Below are positions 18,369 to 28,181 of a DNA stretch of 64,000 nucleotides, piece by piece (the stretch's first letter is position 1; the number at the start of each line of letters is the position of its first letter). Origin of the DNA: a virus. The notes beneath the pieces were generated by a model. It was not told where the DNA came from. It searched no databases and saw only the letters and a program-made list of their open reading frames with translations. The stretch is taken from IMG/VR virus record IMGVR_UViG_3300032289_001431, positions 1 to 64,000 of that record; one strand, given 5' to 3'. The translations under genes were made by a program, and so were the position numbers.

Positions 18369-19664
18369 ATGGCATTAAAAATAAAAGAAAATAATGGTAA
18401 TAACGTTGTATTTCAATACAATCCAGTTAGAACTAATATACCAAACCCACCAGCAGCAATGCCAATAGGTATGCCCACCTACAGTTATGCTGGTATGCAC
18501 CCCGTAAAATTACCAGATCCACCTAAATTGGAAATGCCAGAAGCAAATTTACCACGAGCCATCAATTACTATGCCGATTATGGTGGTTGTGGGTTTTGGA
18601 GAATGGTTTGGCCTGAGTTTCTTATGAATGCTTACACTAAAGCATGTATGTCAGGTCTTACTCAAATGATTTTAGATTTAAGATTTTATGGTGGCATTAA
18701 AGCTATAAGAATGCAACGTCAAGCGACACCCATTCAAAGAGATTTTATTAAAGAATTAAAAAAAGCGCAGAGTCATTTTAAATATAGATTAATTTATGAA
18801 GTCGATGATATCGTCTTCAAAGATGATATTCCTGATTACAATCGTTGTAAAGATGCTTTTGTTGATCAAAATATCACCGATAGTATTTTAGAGATCATGC
18901 AAACAATGGATGAGATGACTGTTACTTGTAAATACATGAAAGAATATTATCAAGATAAAACAGGTAATAAAAACATAACAGTTATTCCAAATTATCCTCC
19001 TAAATTCTGGTTAGATCGTTTTTATGAGAAAGAAAGAATTGAAAGATTGTACGACGAAAACAAAAAACGTCCTAGAATATTGTATTCTGGATCAGGAACA
19101 CATGTTGATGTGTTAAATCGCACTGGATTGAATGATGATTTTAAACACGTTACCGATGCAATTATAAAAGCACGTAAAAAATTTAAATTTGTATGGAAAG
19201 GTTGTTTCCCATTGGTACTAAAACCATATATTGATAACGGCGATATGGAATATATCGATTGGTCACCCCTTCATGATTATCCAAAAGGTCTTTATGATAC
19301 AAATTGTAACGTATCTTTTGCACCATTGATTGATAATGTTTTTAATAAATCAAAATCTAATATTAAAATGATAGAAGCTGGTGGTTTAGGTATGCCGGGA
19401 GTATATCAAGACCTTTGTACATACGAAGAAGCTGAATTTAAATTCAAAACTGGTGATGATTTAATTCAACAGCTTGAGTATATAACATCTGATCATAGCC
19501 GATATATGAGATTATCAGAAAAAGCCAGAAAATTCACTGAAGGATTGTGGTTAGAAGACCATTTAGACGAATATGAAGCAATGTATTTTACCGAATGGGG
19601 TTCAAAAGAAAGAAAAAAAATGGCTCCAAAACTTATATTAAACAATCCAGATCAAGATTCTTGA
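18369..19664 (+). CDS. GT-B-fold (GT4-like) phage glycosyltransferase with Pro-rich N-terminus
   Basis: ADYGGCGFWR..WP, YEVDD, VIPN and APL.DN.FNKSKSNIK..EAG motifs. Confidence 0.8.
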   Translation: MALKIKENNGNNVVFQYNPVRTNIPNPPAAMPIGMPTYSYAGMHPVKLPDPPKLEMPEANLPRAINYYADYGGCGFWRMVWPEFLMNAYTKACMSGLTQMILDLRFYGGIKAIRMQRQATPIQRDFIKELKKAQSHFKYRLIYEVDDIVFKDDIPDYNRCKDAFVDQNITDSILEIMQTMDEMTVTCKYMKEYYQDKTGNKNITVIPNYPPKFWLDRFYEKERIERLYDENKKRPRILYSGSGTHVDVLNRTGLNDDFKHVTDAIIKARKKFKFVWKGCFPLVLKPYIDNGDMEYIDWSPLHDYPKGLYDTNCNVSFAPLIDNVFNKSKSNIKMIEAGGLGMPGVYQDLCTYEEAEFKFKTGDDLIQQLEYITSDHSRYMRLSEKARKFTEGLWLEDHLDEYEAMYFTEWGSKERKKMAPKLILNNPDQDS

Positions 19665-19688
19665 CCATTTGTAAATTTATGCCATAAT
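19661..19688 (+). promoter_or_regulatory. Sigma70-type promoter for gp43
   Basis: TTGACC-16-CATAAT with TGn extension; ATG 6 nt downstream. Confidence 0.65.
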
Positions 19689-19694
19689 AAGTAT

Positions 19695-22265
19695 ATGGCG
19701 TATAGAAACGTTTATTATGATTCCCGAAATGGTGCTATGCACCTGTGGACTTGGGATGATGATGGTAACAGAATTACTCGTGTTACTAGTTATGAGCCAT
19801 ATTTATACATTGAATCTGAGCACGGTACAGATGCTACATCTGTTTTTAAAACTCCCCTTAAAAAGTTAATATTTAAAAATCAAAAAGCTAGAAAATCTTA
19901 CGTTGAAACGACACCAATTACGAGATTATTTTACAATCTTGAAATTCAACAGCAATTTTTACTTGAAACTTTTAAAGATGATATTGATAAGCCGGGATTT
20001 GGAACACAACCACTCAAAATTTTTTATCTTGATATTGAAACTTATGCAACTGATCACTTTGCATCACCAGAAATAGCTAGTGATCCTGTAAACCTTATAA
20101 CGGTTTATGATTCTTTATCAAAACAGTATTATACTTGGGGTTGTAAAAATTATTCCACATTAGAAGAAGACGTAACTTATATTAAATGTAAAGATGAAAG
20201 AGATTTGTTAAAGAGTTTTGTTAATTTTTGGAGAAACGACCCACCTGATATTGTTACCGGATGGAACGTTCATGGGTATGATATACCATACATCATGAAT
20301 AGATTGTCGAAAATATTTGAAGATGATTATAAAGAAAAATTATCACCAGTTAACAAGCTTTGGTTACAAGAAAAAGCATCTATTAACAAATTAGGTAGAG
20401 AACTTGACAGATGGCACGTTGCGGGTGTCAGTATTATCGATTATATGGATCTCTATGAAACTCTTTGTGGTGGAAAAAGAGAGTCAATGTCTTTAAATTA
20501 TATATCAGAATATGAATTAGGTGAGTCTAAAATAGCTATTGGTAGCACATCATTATCAACTCTTGCTGATACTGATTGGTTTAAGTTTACAGATTACAAT
20601 ATTCAAGACGTACGCTTGCTGGTAATGCTTGAAAACAAGTTAAAATACTTGCAACTCATTAGAAATCTTGCATATCGTGGATTTATTCCATTTCAAAAAT
20701 CAATGGGTAAAGTTTCAATGATTACTGGTGCTGTTGCACATCAAGCATTATCACAAAACATGATAATTCCTACATTTAACGTGGATAATGTGAAACAAGA
20801 TTTTGCTGGTGGTTTTGTTTATGAACCAGTAAAAGGTTTATATGATGATGTTGTGACGTATGATGCTAATAGTTTGTATCCAAATACAATTATTACTTTA
20901 AATATATCAACTGAAACCAAAATAGGCAAAATTATTGCTCGAAGTAAAGATGGTATTACTTTAAAATTAACTAATAATAAAATTGTAGATCTTACTAATG
21001 AAAAATTTGAAGAAATAGTTAAATCTGAGAAACTTTGCATAACAAAAGCTGATGTTTTGTATACACAAAGATTTAAAGGAGTCGTACCTACCCTTATTGA
21101 TAAATTATACTCTGAAAGAGTAAAGGCAAAAGATAAAACATTACAAGCTAAACTCAAATTAAAAAAAGCAAAAACACCAGAAGATAAACAAAAGTACCAA
21201 GAAGAGGTTAATGATAACGATACATTGTCAAATGTGTATAAAGTATTTTTAAACTCAATATATGGTGTATTTTCTAACATATTTTCACCTCTATTTGACA
21301 TTGATCATGCGGAAAGTGTAACGTTATCGGGTCAAGCGGTTGTTAAAAAGGGTCCAGAAATTATATATGAGTATGCCAAACGATCTGGGTTTTCTGGTAA
21401 GTTGGAAGATATTTTAATTTATCAAGATACTGACAGTGAATTCTTTTCATTTAAAGAAATATTACAAAATAAAAACACTTCTCTACTAAAAGACGGAGAA
21501 ATCACCAAAGAAGCATACGATATTATCGATGAATATGGTAAAGTTTTAAATAATGGAATTAACGAATGGGCTAAATTAGAATTTAAATCAATCGACCCTC
21601 GTTATGTTTTTAAACGAGAAAAAATATGTGACGTTGCGTTACTTCAAGCTAAAAAATTCTACATTCTTCACATTTTAGACAAAGATGGCGTTAAAACCGA
21701 AGAGTTTGAATACAAAGGGATTGAAGTTGCCAAAGCAACTTTATCAAAAGAAGTTAAAGAATTGATTAAAAATGTTATAGAATCAGCAATTATTGCTAAA
21801 AATAGAAAAATAGCGATTCATTTGTTTCAAGAGGGATATGAAAAATTTTGTAATATGTCTACAATTGAAATTGCTACGAGAAAAAAGATTAATAATTATG
21901 AAAAATACAGCAATATGATTGATGGTAATGGTGGTTTTGGTAAAGGAACTCCCGGTCATGCTAAAAGTTGTATTAATTTTAATGATGCTCTTAAAAAATT
22001 AAAAATTGATGATAAATATCCAGCAATTGCTAATGGAACTAAGATTAAATTTTTTTATTGCAAGAAAAACATATATGCATATGAGACAATGGGTTTTATA
22101 GATGAATATCCAAAGGAGTTACTTGCAGTGATTAAGCCTGATTATCGTTTTATGTTTGAAAAAAACGTAGTTCCGCTATTAACAAGGATATTTAACGTTA
22201 TTGGTTGGCCTACTCCCGCAATTGGGTGCGAAGAGGCTACAGATTTAACAGAATTATTTTCATGA
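19695..22265 (+). CDS. gp43: Family B DNA polymerase gp43
   Basis: DIET, GWN...YD and YNIQD exonuclease motifs; YDANSLYP, KVFLNSIYG and YQDTDS polymerase motifs. Confidence 0.96.
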   Translation: MAYRNVYYDSRNGAMHLWTWDDDGNRITRVTSYEPYLYIESEHGTDATSVFKTPLKKLIFKNQKARKSYVETTPITRLFYNLEIQQQFLLETFKDDIDKPGFGTQPLKIFYLDIETYATDHFASPEIASDPVNLITVYDSLSKQYYTWGCKNYSTLEEDVTYIKCKDERDLLKSFVNFWRNDPPDIVTGWNVHGYDIPYIMNRLSKIFEDDYKEKLSPVNKLWLQEKASINKLGRELDRWHVAGVSIIDYMDLYETLCGGKRESMSLNYISEYELGESKIAIGSTSLSTLADTDWFKFTDYNIQDVRLLVMLENKLKYLQLIRNLAYRGFIPFQKSMGKVSMITGAVAHQALSQNMIIPTFNVDNVKQDFAGGFVYEPVKGLYDDVVTYDANSLYPNTIITLNISTETKIGKIIARSKDGITLKLTNNKIVDLTNEKFEEIVKSEKLCITKADVLYTQRFKGVVPTLIDKLYSERVKAKDKTLQAKLKLKKAKTPEDKQKYQEEVNDNDTLSNVYKVFLNSIYGVFSNIFSPLFDIDHAESVTLSGQAVVKKGPEIIYEYAKRSGFSGKLEDILIYQDTDSEFFSFKEILQNKNTSLLKDGEITKEAYDIIDEYGKVLNNGINEWAKLEFKSIDPRYVFKREKICDVALLQAKKFYILHILDKDGVKTEEFEYKGIEVAKATLSKEVKELIKNVIESAIIAKNRKIAIHLFQEGYEKFCNMSTIEIATRKKINNYEKYSNMIDGNGGFGKGTPGHAKSCINFNDALKKLKIDDKYPAIANGTKIKFFYCKKNIYAYETMGFIDEYPKELLAVIKPDYRFMFEKNVVPLLTRIFNVIGWPTPAIGCEEATDLTELFS

Positions 22266-22909
22266 AAACTAAATTAATATCATTAACAACGCCTCAAATT
22301 GAATCTACAATATCCACACCAGAAGATTTAATTATTTATTGTGCAAGAGTTTCAAATCCTAGTAATCAATTAAACAAAGAATCTTCTCCAAAATTAATAA
22401 ATTATTTAATTAAACATAAACATTGGAGTCCATTTGAAATGGCATCTATGTGTATAGAAATTCAAACATCAAGAGCTATCGCAGCGCAAATATTAAGGCA
22501 TCGTAGCTTTTCTTTTCAAGAATTTAGTCAAAGATATTCTGAAGTAACAAAACTAGAACCAATTGAATTTAGAAAGCAAGGAAAGACAAATCGACAAGTG
22601 GGAGATGAGGAAGTTCAACTTACATCATTCCAAGCAAGTATCGTTGACAATGCAGAGAAAGCTTGTCTTGCCGCTTATGAACATCTTATTGATTCTGGTA
22701 TCGCAAAAGAATGTGCAAGAATGATTCTTCCATTGAGCACACAAACAACAATGTATATGTCAGGTTCCATTCGATCTTGGATTCATTATTTAGAAATTAG
22801 AACCAAAGAAGACACACAAAAAGAACATAGAGAAATAGCAAATGGTATTAAATCAATTTTTATAGAAAAATTTCCACAAATTTCTTACGCATTAGGATGG
22901 AAATTGTGA
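22262..22909 (+). CDS. thyX: Flavin-dependent thymidylate synthase ThyX
   Basis: ARVSNP, HWSPFE, RHRSFSFQEFSQRY, KECAR and TQKEHR motifs; ATG at 22262 overlaps the gp43 stop. Confidence 0.96.
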   Translation: MKTKLISLTTPQIESTISTPEDLIIYCARVSNPSNQLNKESSPKLINYLIKHKHWSPFEMASMCIEIQTSRAIAAQILRHRSFSFQEFSQRYSEVTKLEPIEFRKQGKTNRQVGDEEVQLTSFQASIVDNAEKACLAAYEHLIDSGIAKECARMILPLSTQTTMYMSGSIRSWIHYLEIRTKEDTQKEHREIANGIKSIFIEKFPQISYALGWKL

Positions 22910-23230
22910 TTTTACAAAATCTTTAAAAGATAATCTTTCATTATCTTTTGATCTTTTGATATAAGCTTTTAATTTTGTCATTTCTGATGAAAATTCTTCA
23001 GGTGACATAATATCATTTGTTTTTATTTCATGTTCTTTTTTAATATCTTCTAATTTTTTTTGTACATTTTCTTTTGCTTCTTGTTCAGATATATAACCAG
23101 AAAATTTATAAGTTTTATAATAATTTTTACCTTTAGATGGGTCAGCTATTTGAATAATAAGATCATAATCATCAGATATATGAGGATTACTTTTTTGTAT
23201 TTTATAAAAATATTTAGAAAAATTTAACAT
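22892..23230 (-). CDS. Hypothetical late protein
   Basis: 112-aa ORF preceded by GGTAAATA (23237-23244), 6 nt from the ATG. Confidence 0.6.
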   Translation of the reverse strand: MLNFSKYFYKIQKSNPHISDDYDLIIQIADPSKGKNYYKTYKFSGYISEQEAKENVQKKLEDIKKEHEIKTNDIMSPEEFSSEMTKLKAYIKRSKDNERLSFKDFVKSQFPS

Positions 23231-23246
23231 TTTTAATATTTACCCA

Positions 23247-23274
23247 TTGACTATTATACATAATATGTTAAATT
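23247..23274 (+). promoter_or_regulatory. Sigma70-type promoter
   Basis: TTGACT-16-TAAATT with TGn extension. Confidence 0.6.
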
Positions 23275-23286
23275 TATATAACAATT

Positions 23287-23688
23287 ATGAGTAATACAAC
23301 AACAACAACAGAAAACAAATTAATCGTAATCCTAGACACTATTGGTAGGACAATTCTTGGTCAAGAAGCTCCTTCTACAAAAGGAAACTTGAACATTAAA
23401 AATCCTGTCATTCTTCATATTGTCCCTGCTGACAATACCGGAAAGATGTCAGTTCAACTCCTTCCTCTCTTTTTCAGAGAGTTCTTGGGAGATAAGTCCG
23501 CAGATGTCGTATTTACATACGACTCTTCGAGAATAACAACAACAGATATCGACGCATTAGATTTCCGTTTACAGACACAATATGCACAAATGTTCAACCC
23601 ACAAAACGCATTTGTCACAGCAGATGTGGCTGCTGCTCAACCAGCACCAGAACCCACTGAAAGAGTAGTTAATTTATTTGACGAATAA
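23287..23688 (+). CDS. Hypothetical protein (beta-rich, possibly Sm-like)
   Basis: 133-aa ORF with its own promoter and a downstream hairpin. Confidence 0.7.
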   Translation: MSNTTTTTENKLIVILDTIGRTILGQEAPSTKGNLNIKNPVILHIVPADNTGKMSVQLLPLFFREFLGDKSADVVFTYDSSRITTTDIDALDFRLQTQYAQMFNPQNAFVTADVAAAQPAPEPTERVVNLFDE

Positions 23689-23712
23689 CAAATTTTTCAG
23701 TATTCATCAAAA

Positions 23713-23747
23713 AAAACCTCAGATTGTCTTTGACAGTCTGAGGTTTT
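23713..23747 (+). terminator. Intrinsic terminator-like hairpin overlapping the uvsX -35 box
   Basis: AAAACCTCAGATTGTC-TTT-GACAGTCTGAGGTTTT. Confidence 0.75.
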
Positions 23748-23757
23748 CTGTTAATAT
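23730..23757 (+). promoter_or_regulatory. Sigma70-type promoter for uvsX
   Basis: TTGACA-16-TAATAT with TGn extension; ATG at 23765. Confidence 0.7.
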
Positions 23758-23764
23758 ATTGTAT

Positions 23765-24865
23765 ATGGCTAAGAAAAAAATTGAAGAAAATATAGAAACT
23801 AATACCGGAAATATCATGGATGCATTTAATGTTCTAGATGATCTTAATCCAGAGGCAGCATTTCTTGATGAAAACAGTTTATCTAACGTTAAAGAATGGA
23901 TTGATACTGGATCATTGGCATTAAACGCAATCATATCAGGTTCTATCTACGGGGGAATTCCAATGGGTCGCCTTACGGGTTTTATTGGACCAGAATCTTG
24001 TGGAAAAACACTGATGGCTAATAAAATTATGGCAAATGCTCAAAAAAAAGGAATGCACGTTGCATATTTTGACACCGAAGGCGCATTAGACGAAGATACA
24101 GCAAAAAGACTTGGATGTGACACCTCAAAAATCAAACATGTCCCATCACAATTGACTGAACAATGCAGAAATCAAGTTGTAAAGTTTCTACAAACTGTCA
24201 TCGAAAAAAATCTGCAAGGCAAAGTTCTTATTGTCATCGATTCTCTTGGTAATTTGATTACAACCCAAGAACAAAAGAAGATCGATGAGGGTTCTGATAC
24301 TCCTGATATGGGAAATCGTGCAAAAGCTTTGAAAAGCATGTTAAGAGCAATCACGCAAGTAGCATCAAAGGCTAATTGTCCTGTTGTTTTTACCAATCAT
24401 ATCTATGATGATCCATCACAACTTCATCCTTCTGCTTTAAAGAAACAAGCTGGTGGTTCTGGACCTCTTTATATGGCATCTGTGATTGTTCAGATGGCAA
24501 AGAAGGCTGAAAGATCAAGTGATAGTAAGAATAAGGATTCTAATGACACGGTTACACCTCTATCAAAGGACATTAATGGACTTACATTGAGAGCATTTAC
24601 GACTAAAAATCGTTTTGTGCCACCATTCCTTGAGACTGAGATGTATTTAAACTTTAGAACAGGTCTTAATAAGTATTCGGGCTTGTTAGAGATGTGTGAG
24701 GGTTATGGTATTCTTGAAAAACAAGGACATAGACATGCTTTCAATGGTGAAATTTTAGGTTTCTTTAAAGATTGGAAAACAGATGAAGTCGTTTGGGGAA
24801 AAATTCTCCCTGCACTTGAAGAAAAACTTAAAGTGGAACTTACATTTAAAAACGAAGTCCAATGA
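23765..24865 (+). CDS. uvsX: RecA-like recombinase UvsX
   Basis: IDTGSLALN.IISG, GPESCGKT, FDTE, IDSLGNL and TNH.Y motifs; start moved to the ATG at 23765, after the promoter. Confidence 0.93.
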   Translation: MAKKKIEENIETNTGNIMDAFNVLDDLNPEAAFLDENSLSNVKEWIDTGSLALNAIISGSIYGGIPMGRLTGFIGPESCGKTLMANKIMANAQKKGMHVAYFDTEGALDEDTAKRLGCDTSKIKHVPSQLTEQCRNQVVKFLQTVIEKNLQGKVLIVIDSLGNLITTQEQKKIDEGSDTPDMGNRAKALKSMLRAITQVASKANCPVVFTNHIYDDPSQLHPSALKKQAGGSGPLYMASVIVQMAKKAERSSDSKNKDSNDTVTPLSKDINGLTLRAFTTKNRFVPPFLETEMYLNFRTGLNKYSGLLEMCEGYGILEKQGHRHAFNGEILGFFKDWKTDEVVWGKILPALEEKLKVELTFKNEVQ

Positions 24866-24878
24866 TGAAAGTTATAAA

Positions 24879-24907
24879 TTGCTTTTTGTGTAAATGCAAT
24901 TTATAAT
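24879..24907 (+). promoter_or_regulatory. Sigma70-type promoter for gp41
   Basis: TTGCTT-17-TATAAT; ATG 6 nt downstream. Confidence 0.65.
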
Positions 24908-24913
24908 GTCTTT

Positions 24914-26308
24914 ATGTCAGAAAAGAATCTATCGTTAGATCTGGATTATTTTGAAAAAATAGTCATGTACAATGCTTTGTTTGATCAAAGTTATCTTGAA
25001 ACTATTATTGATTTCATTAATCCCATTTTTTTTAAAGATAAAAATATTAATATTGTTTTTACAATTCTTAAATCGTTTTATATTGAAAATAGACACGTTC
25101 CAAACGTCACAGAATTAAAAGCACATCTTGTTACACAAGAACAAAGGGATGCTTTGAAGCAAACTGTTATGTCTTTTAACGGTATTGATAAAAACTACAA
25201 TAAAGATTTGCTTATAAAAAACACTGAACGATTTTTAAGGGAAAAATCAGTTCTTACGACTGTATTAGAAACATCATTAGATGTTAATTCTGGTCATATT
25301 GATAATGCAAAGATACTTAAGAAGTTTGAAAAGGCATGTAGTATATCTTTAATTGATAATATTGGAATGGATTATCTTGAAGATATCGATAAACACTGCT
25401 CTGATCTTAATAAATCATTTAATACCATTTCAAGTGGTTGGAAATGGCTTGATAATCATATTGGAGGTGGATTTATGTCAGAGGGTAGAGCACTTTATGT
25501 GTTTTTTGGACAAACTAATGTTGGTAAATCTATTTTTCTTGGTAATATTGCAACAAATATTCTTAGTCAGAATAAAACAGTTGTTTTAATTTCACTGGAA
25601 ATGCCTGAACAGGTTTATGCAAAAAGAATATCCGCACAGTTATCTAAAATACCGTTTGATGATTTAAAACTTCAAGTAGATCCACTTAAAAAGCATCTTA
25701 ATGAATATAAAATTAAAAATAGTAAATCTAAATTAATTGTAAAAGAATTTGCACCACAATCTTTAAGTGTTCTTCATTTAAAGACGTATGTAAACAAATT
25801 AATACAAAAGGGAATCAAACCAGACGCTATTATTGTTGATTATATTAATCTTTTGATGCCAGCATCTGCTGGATTAAGTTCATATGAGTCTATTAAAAAA
25901 ATCACTGAAGGTTTAAGGGCTTTAACATATGAGTTTAACTGTCCTATAATATCTGCGACACAAGCAAACCGAGCCGCTATTAATACACCACAGCCCGATA
26001 TGGGAAAAACTAGCGAATCTATGGGTTTAGCGCACACTGTCGATGCTATGATGTCAATTTGGACAGAAGAAGGTGATTCTGATCTTGGTATTATTCACAT
26101 GGGGATAGAAAAAAACCGTTTTGGCCCTAGAGAAGTATATACACATCTTAATATCGATTATCCAACTCTTGCATTGAGTGAACCCGATCAATCTGTTCAA
26201 CAATATAGCGTTAAAAGTACATCACCAAATATGAATATGAATTTAGATGATGAAATTGGTTCTAGTATATCGGATACTTTAAATTTAATTGATAAATTAA
26301 GCAATTAA
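24914..26308 (+). CDS. gp41: Replicative DnaB-like helicase gp41
   Basis: GQTNVGKS, ISLEM, IVDYINL, SATQANR, SES.G and KNRFG motifs. Confidence 0.95.
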   Translation: MSEKNLSLDLDYFEKIVMYNALFDQSYLETIIDFINPIFFKDKNINIVFTILKSFYIENRHVPNVTELKAHLVTQEQRDALKQTVMSFNGIDKNYNKDLLIKNTERFLREKSVLTTVLETSLDVNSGHIDNAKILKKFEKACSISLIDNIGMDYLEDIDKHCSDLNKSFNTISSGWKWLDNHIGGGFMSEGRALYVFFGQTNVGKSIFLGNIATNILSQNKTVVLISLEMPEQVYAKRISAQLSKIPFDDLKLQVDPLKKHLNEYKIKNSKSKLIVKEFAPQSLSVLHLKTYVNKLIQKGIKPDAIIVDYINLLMPASAGLSSYESIKKITEGLRALTYEFNCPIISATQANRAAINTPQPDMGKTSESMGLAHTVDAMMSIWTEEGDSDLGIIHMGIEKNRFGPREVYTHLNIDYPTLALSEPDQSVQQYSVKSTSPNMNMNLDDEIGSSISDTLNLIDKLSN

Positions 26309-26325
26309 TCTAAATAAACAACGTA

Positions 26326-27219
26326 ATGGATATAAAAAAAACATATCAAATTTTTACTCATAAAGATTTAGATGGGGCGGTCAGTCTTTTGACTTTTTTA
26401 TGGTCTAAACCTGAAGCTCAAGTTACATATAGAGAAATTACAAACGTACAAATTGATATAATTAAAGACTATATACAAAAAACTTGCAATCCACCTGAAA
26501 TTATAATCATGGATCTTTCCTTAAGAGAAGAAATGTTACCCGAACTTGATTATGAATATATAACATTTATAGATCACCATGTTAGAAGTTCAAAATATAT
26601 TCCCTTGTTTAAACAAGCAAAAATACTTCATGGTGATTATACATCAAATTCTATTTTTGTAAGAAAATTATTTAAAAACATAGCACCAGAGTTTACAGAT
26701 GCACAAAAAAAATTATTATTATTAGCTGATGATCATGATAGTGGTAATAATAATTTTCAAGATTCATATGATTTAAATATTTTGTTTTGGACGCAATTTA
26801 AAAACGAATTTTGTTATTTTTGTAATTATTATAAAGATGGTTTTAGAGAATTTACTCCAAAACAAAAAGAAATTATCAAACATGCTAAAGATGATGCCAA
26901 AATAAAATTAACTCAAACTAATTGTTATGCTGGTGAACTAATAATCGAAGGAACCCCACAAAAAATAATAGCAGCAACTACTGAAAATTTTAATAATATC
27001 GTAATGGATTCATTAATGAGCATACATAAACCAGATATATTGTTCTATATCAATACAAAAACGGAAAAAGTAAGTATGAGGCAAAGAAAAAGCGATAAAA
27101 ATATTGATTTAGCTGCATTTGCAGACAAATATTGCAACGGAAATGGTCATAGGTACGCTGCTGGTGGAAAAATAACACCATTATTCATGGAAATGACCAA
27201 AAAACTTAAAGCATTATGA
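26326..27219 (+). CDS. DHH/DHHA1 phosphoesterase
   Basis: THKDLDG, IMDL, FIDHH, DDHD and GNGHRYAAGG motifs. Confidence 0.85.
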   Translation: MDIKKTYQIFTHKDLDGAVSLLTFLWSKPEAQVTYREITNVQIDIIKDYIQKTCNPPEIIIMDLSLREEMLPELDYEYITFIDHHVRSSKYIPLFKQAKILHGDYTSNSIFVRKLFKNIAPEFTDAQKKLLLLADDHDSGNNNFQDSYDLNILFWTQFKNEFCYFCNYYKDGFREFTPKQKEIIKHAKDDAKIKLTQTNCYAGELIIEGTPQKIIAATTENFNNIVMDSLMSIHKPDILFYINTKTEKVSMRQRKSDKNIDLAAFADKYCNGNGHRYAAGGKITPLFMEMTKKLKAL

Positions 27220-27509
27220 TTATAACATCCTCTCAGCAACTAGAATCACTCACAAATCCAGCAAATGCTTTAAATATTGAAGAATTTGAAGAGATAACTT
27301 TAAAATTTGGAGCATTTGTCTGTATATGCAAGGGTAAAAAAATGAATTATCTTAATTTTTTAAAATTTTTAGTTGACGATAAGAAGACACAGAAGATATA
27401 CTTTGCATTATTGGGTGAATACAACCTTCAAGGTATCATAAGAGCATATTTAAGCTCAACGCCAAACGTTTATAAAAAAATATTTCGATCAAAGTTAAAC
27501 AAAAAATGA
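27216..27509 (+). CDS. Hypothetical protein
   Basis: 97-aa ORF translationally coupled on both sides. Confidence 0.65.
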   Translation: MIITSSQQLESLTNPANALNIEEFEEITLKFGAFVCICKGKKMNYLNFLKFLVDDKKTQKIYFALLGEYNLQGIIRAYLSSTPNVYKKIFRSKLNKK

Positions 27510-28174
27510 ATAATTTTACTGATTTAAACAAAAAAGTATATAATTGTTATCTTAAAAATTATAGAAGGGGTGAACCATACAAACAACGTAAAGATTTTTC
27601 AAATATAAACCCAAACACCGCAACATCTATTATAAAAATATCAAATTTTTTAAAGAAATTCCCACACATTAAGTGCGATGATTTCTTTGAGGCTCCTGTT
27701 TTTTTATATCCTAATGATAAATATCCACCTTTAAACTCATTTACAACAAGAGCAGCATTAAAAAACTATGCTATGTATCAAAAACAAAAGGAAGATCGTA
27801 GTCCTGACAAGCAACATGATGAGATTAAAGAGAGTTTACGGTTTATTGGTATGTATTGTATTGATAAAAAAATTAATTTGGATGCGTATCTTTATAAAAA
27901 ATCAGGATACATCTATGCGTGGTTAGATCATTATAGGGAACATAGAGTAAATCCATATTGTTTGTTTGAGTTGGGCGATGTTTTTTCCATATTAAACACC
28001 ATTCCAAAAGATGAACTTTATTTGTTTGCGACAAATTTATACGAAGCATTGGTATCATACAAAAACAAATACGATAAATGCTTAAAAACAAAAGAATTTA
28101 TAAGAGATGGTGTTAAAAAAGTTAAGTTTTTTGTGGAAAAAGAGTTGACGAATACGCCAAATGTGATAATATAA
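27506..28174 (+). CDS. Putative helicase loader gp59-like protein
   Basis: 222 aa; N-terminal KKVYNCYL resembles gp59 KSVYKLYL; directly upstream of gp32 as in T4. Confidence 0.45.
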   Translation: MNNFTDLNKKVYNCYLKNYRRGEPYKQRKDFSNINPNTATSIIKISNFLKKFPHIKCDDFFEAPVFLYPNDKYPPLNSFTTRAALKNYAMYQKQKEDRSPDKQHDEIKESLRFIGMYCIDKKINLDAYLYKKSGYIYAWLDHYREHRVNPYCLFELGDVFSILNTIPKDELYLFATNLYEALVSYKNKYDKCLKTKEFIRDGVKKVKFFVEKELTNTPNVII

Positions 28175-28177
28175 ATA
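28145..28177 (+). promoter_or_regulatory. Tandem early (sigma70-type) and late promoters for gp32
   Basis: TTGACG-16-TAATAT with TGn extension, overlapping TATAAATA at 28170-28177; ATG at 28182. Confidence 0.65.
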
Positions 28178-28181
28178 GATT

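Noticed and set aside
21420-21437. YQDTDS instead of YGDTDS in gp43
   Set aside because: The catalytic DTD is intact and this position varies among phage B-family polymerases, so it is weak evidence for altered substrate use.
22205-23764. Longer ORF-track starts for thyX (22205) and uvsX (23678)
   Set aside because: The extensions overlap gp43 or a terminator/promoter. The ATGs at 22262 and 23765 fit better.
27216-27509. gp33 late co-activator by synteny
   Set aside because: Position and size fit, but I cannot see the gp33 sequence pattern, so it is left as hypothetical.
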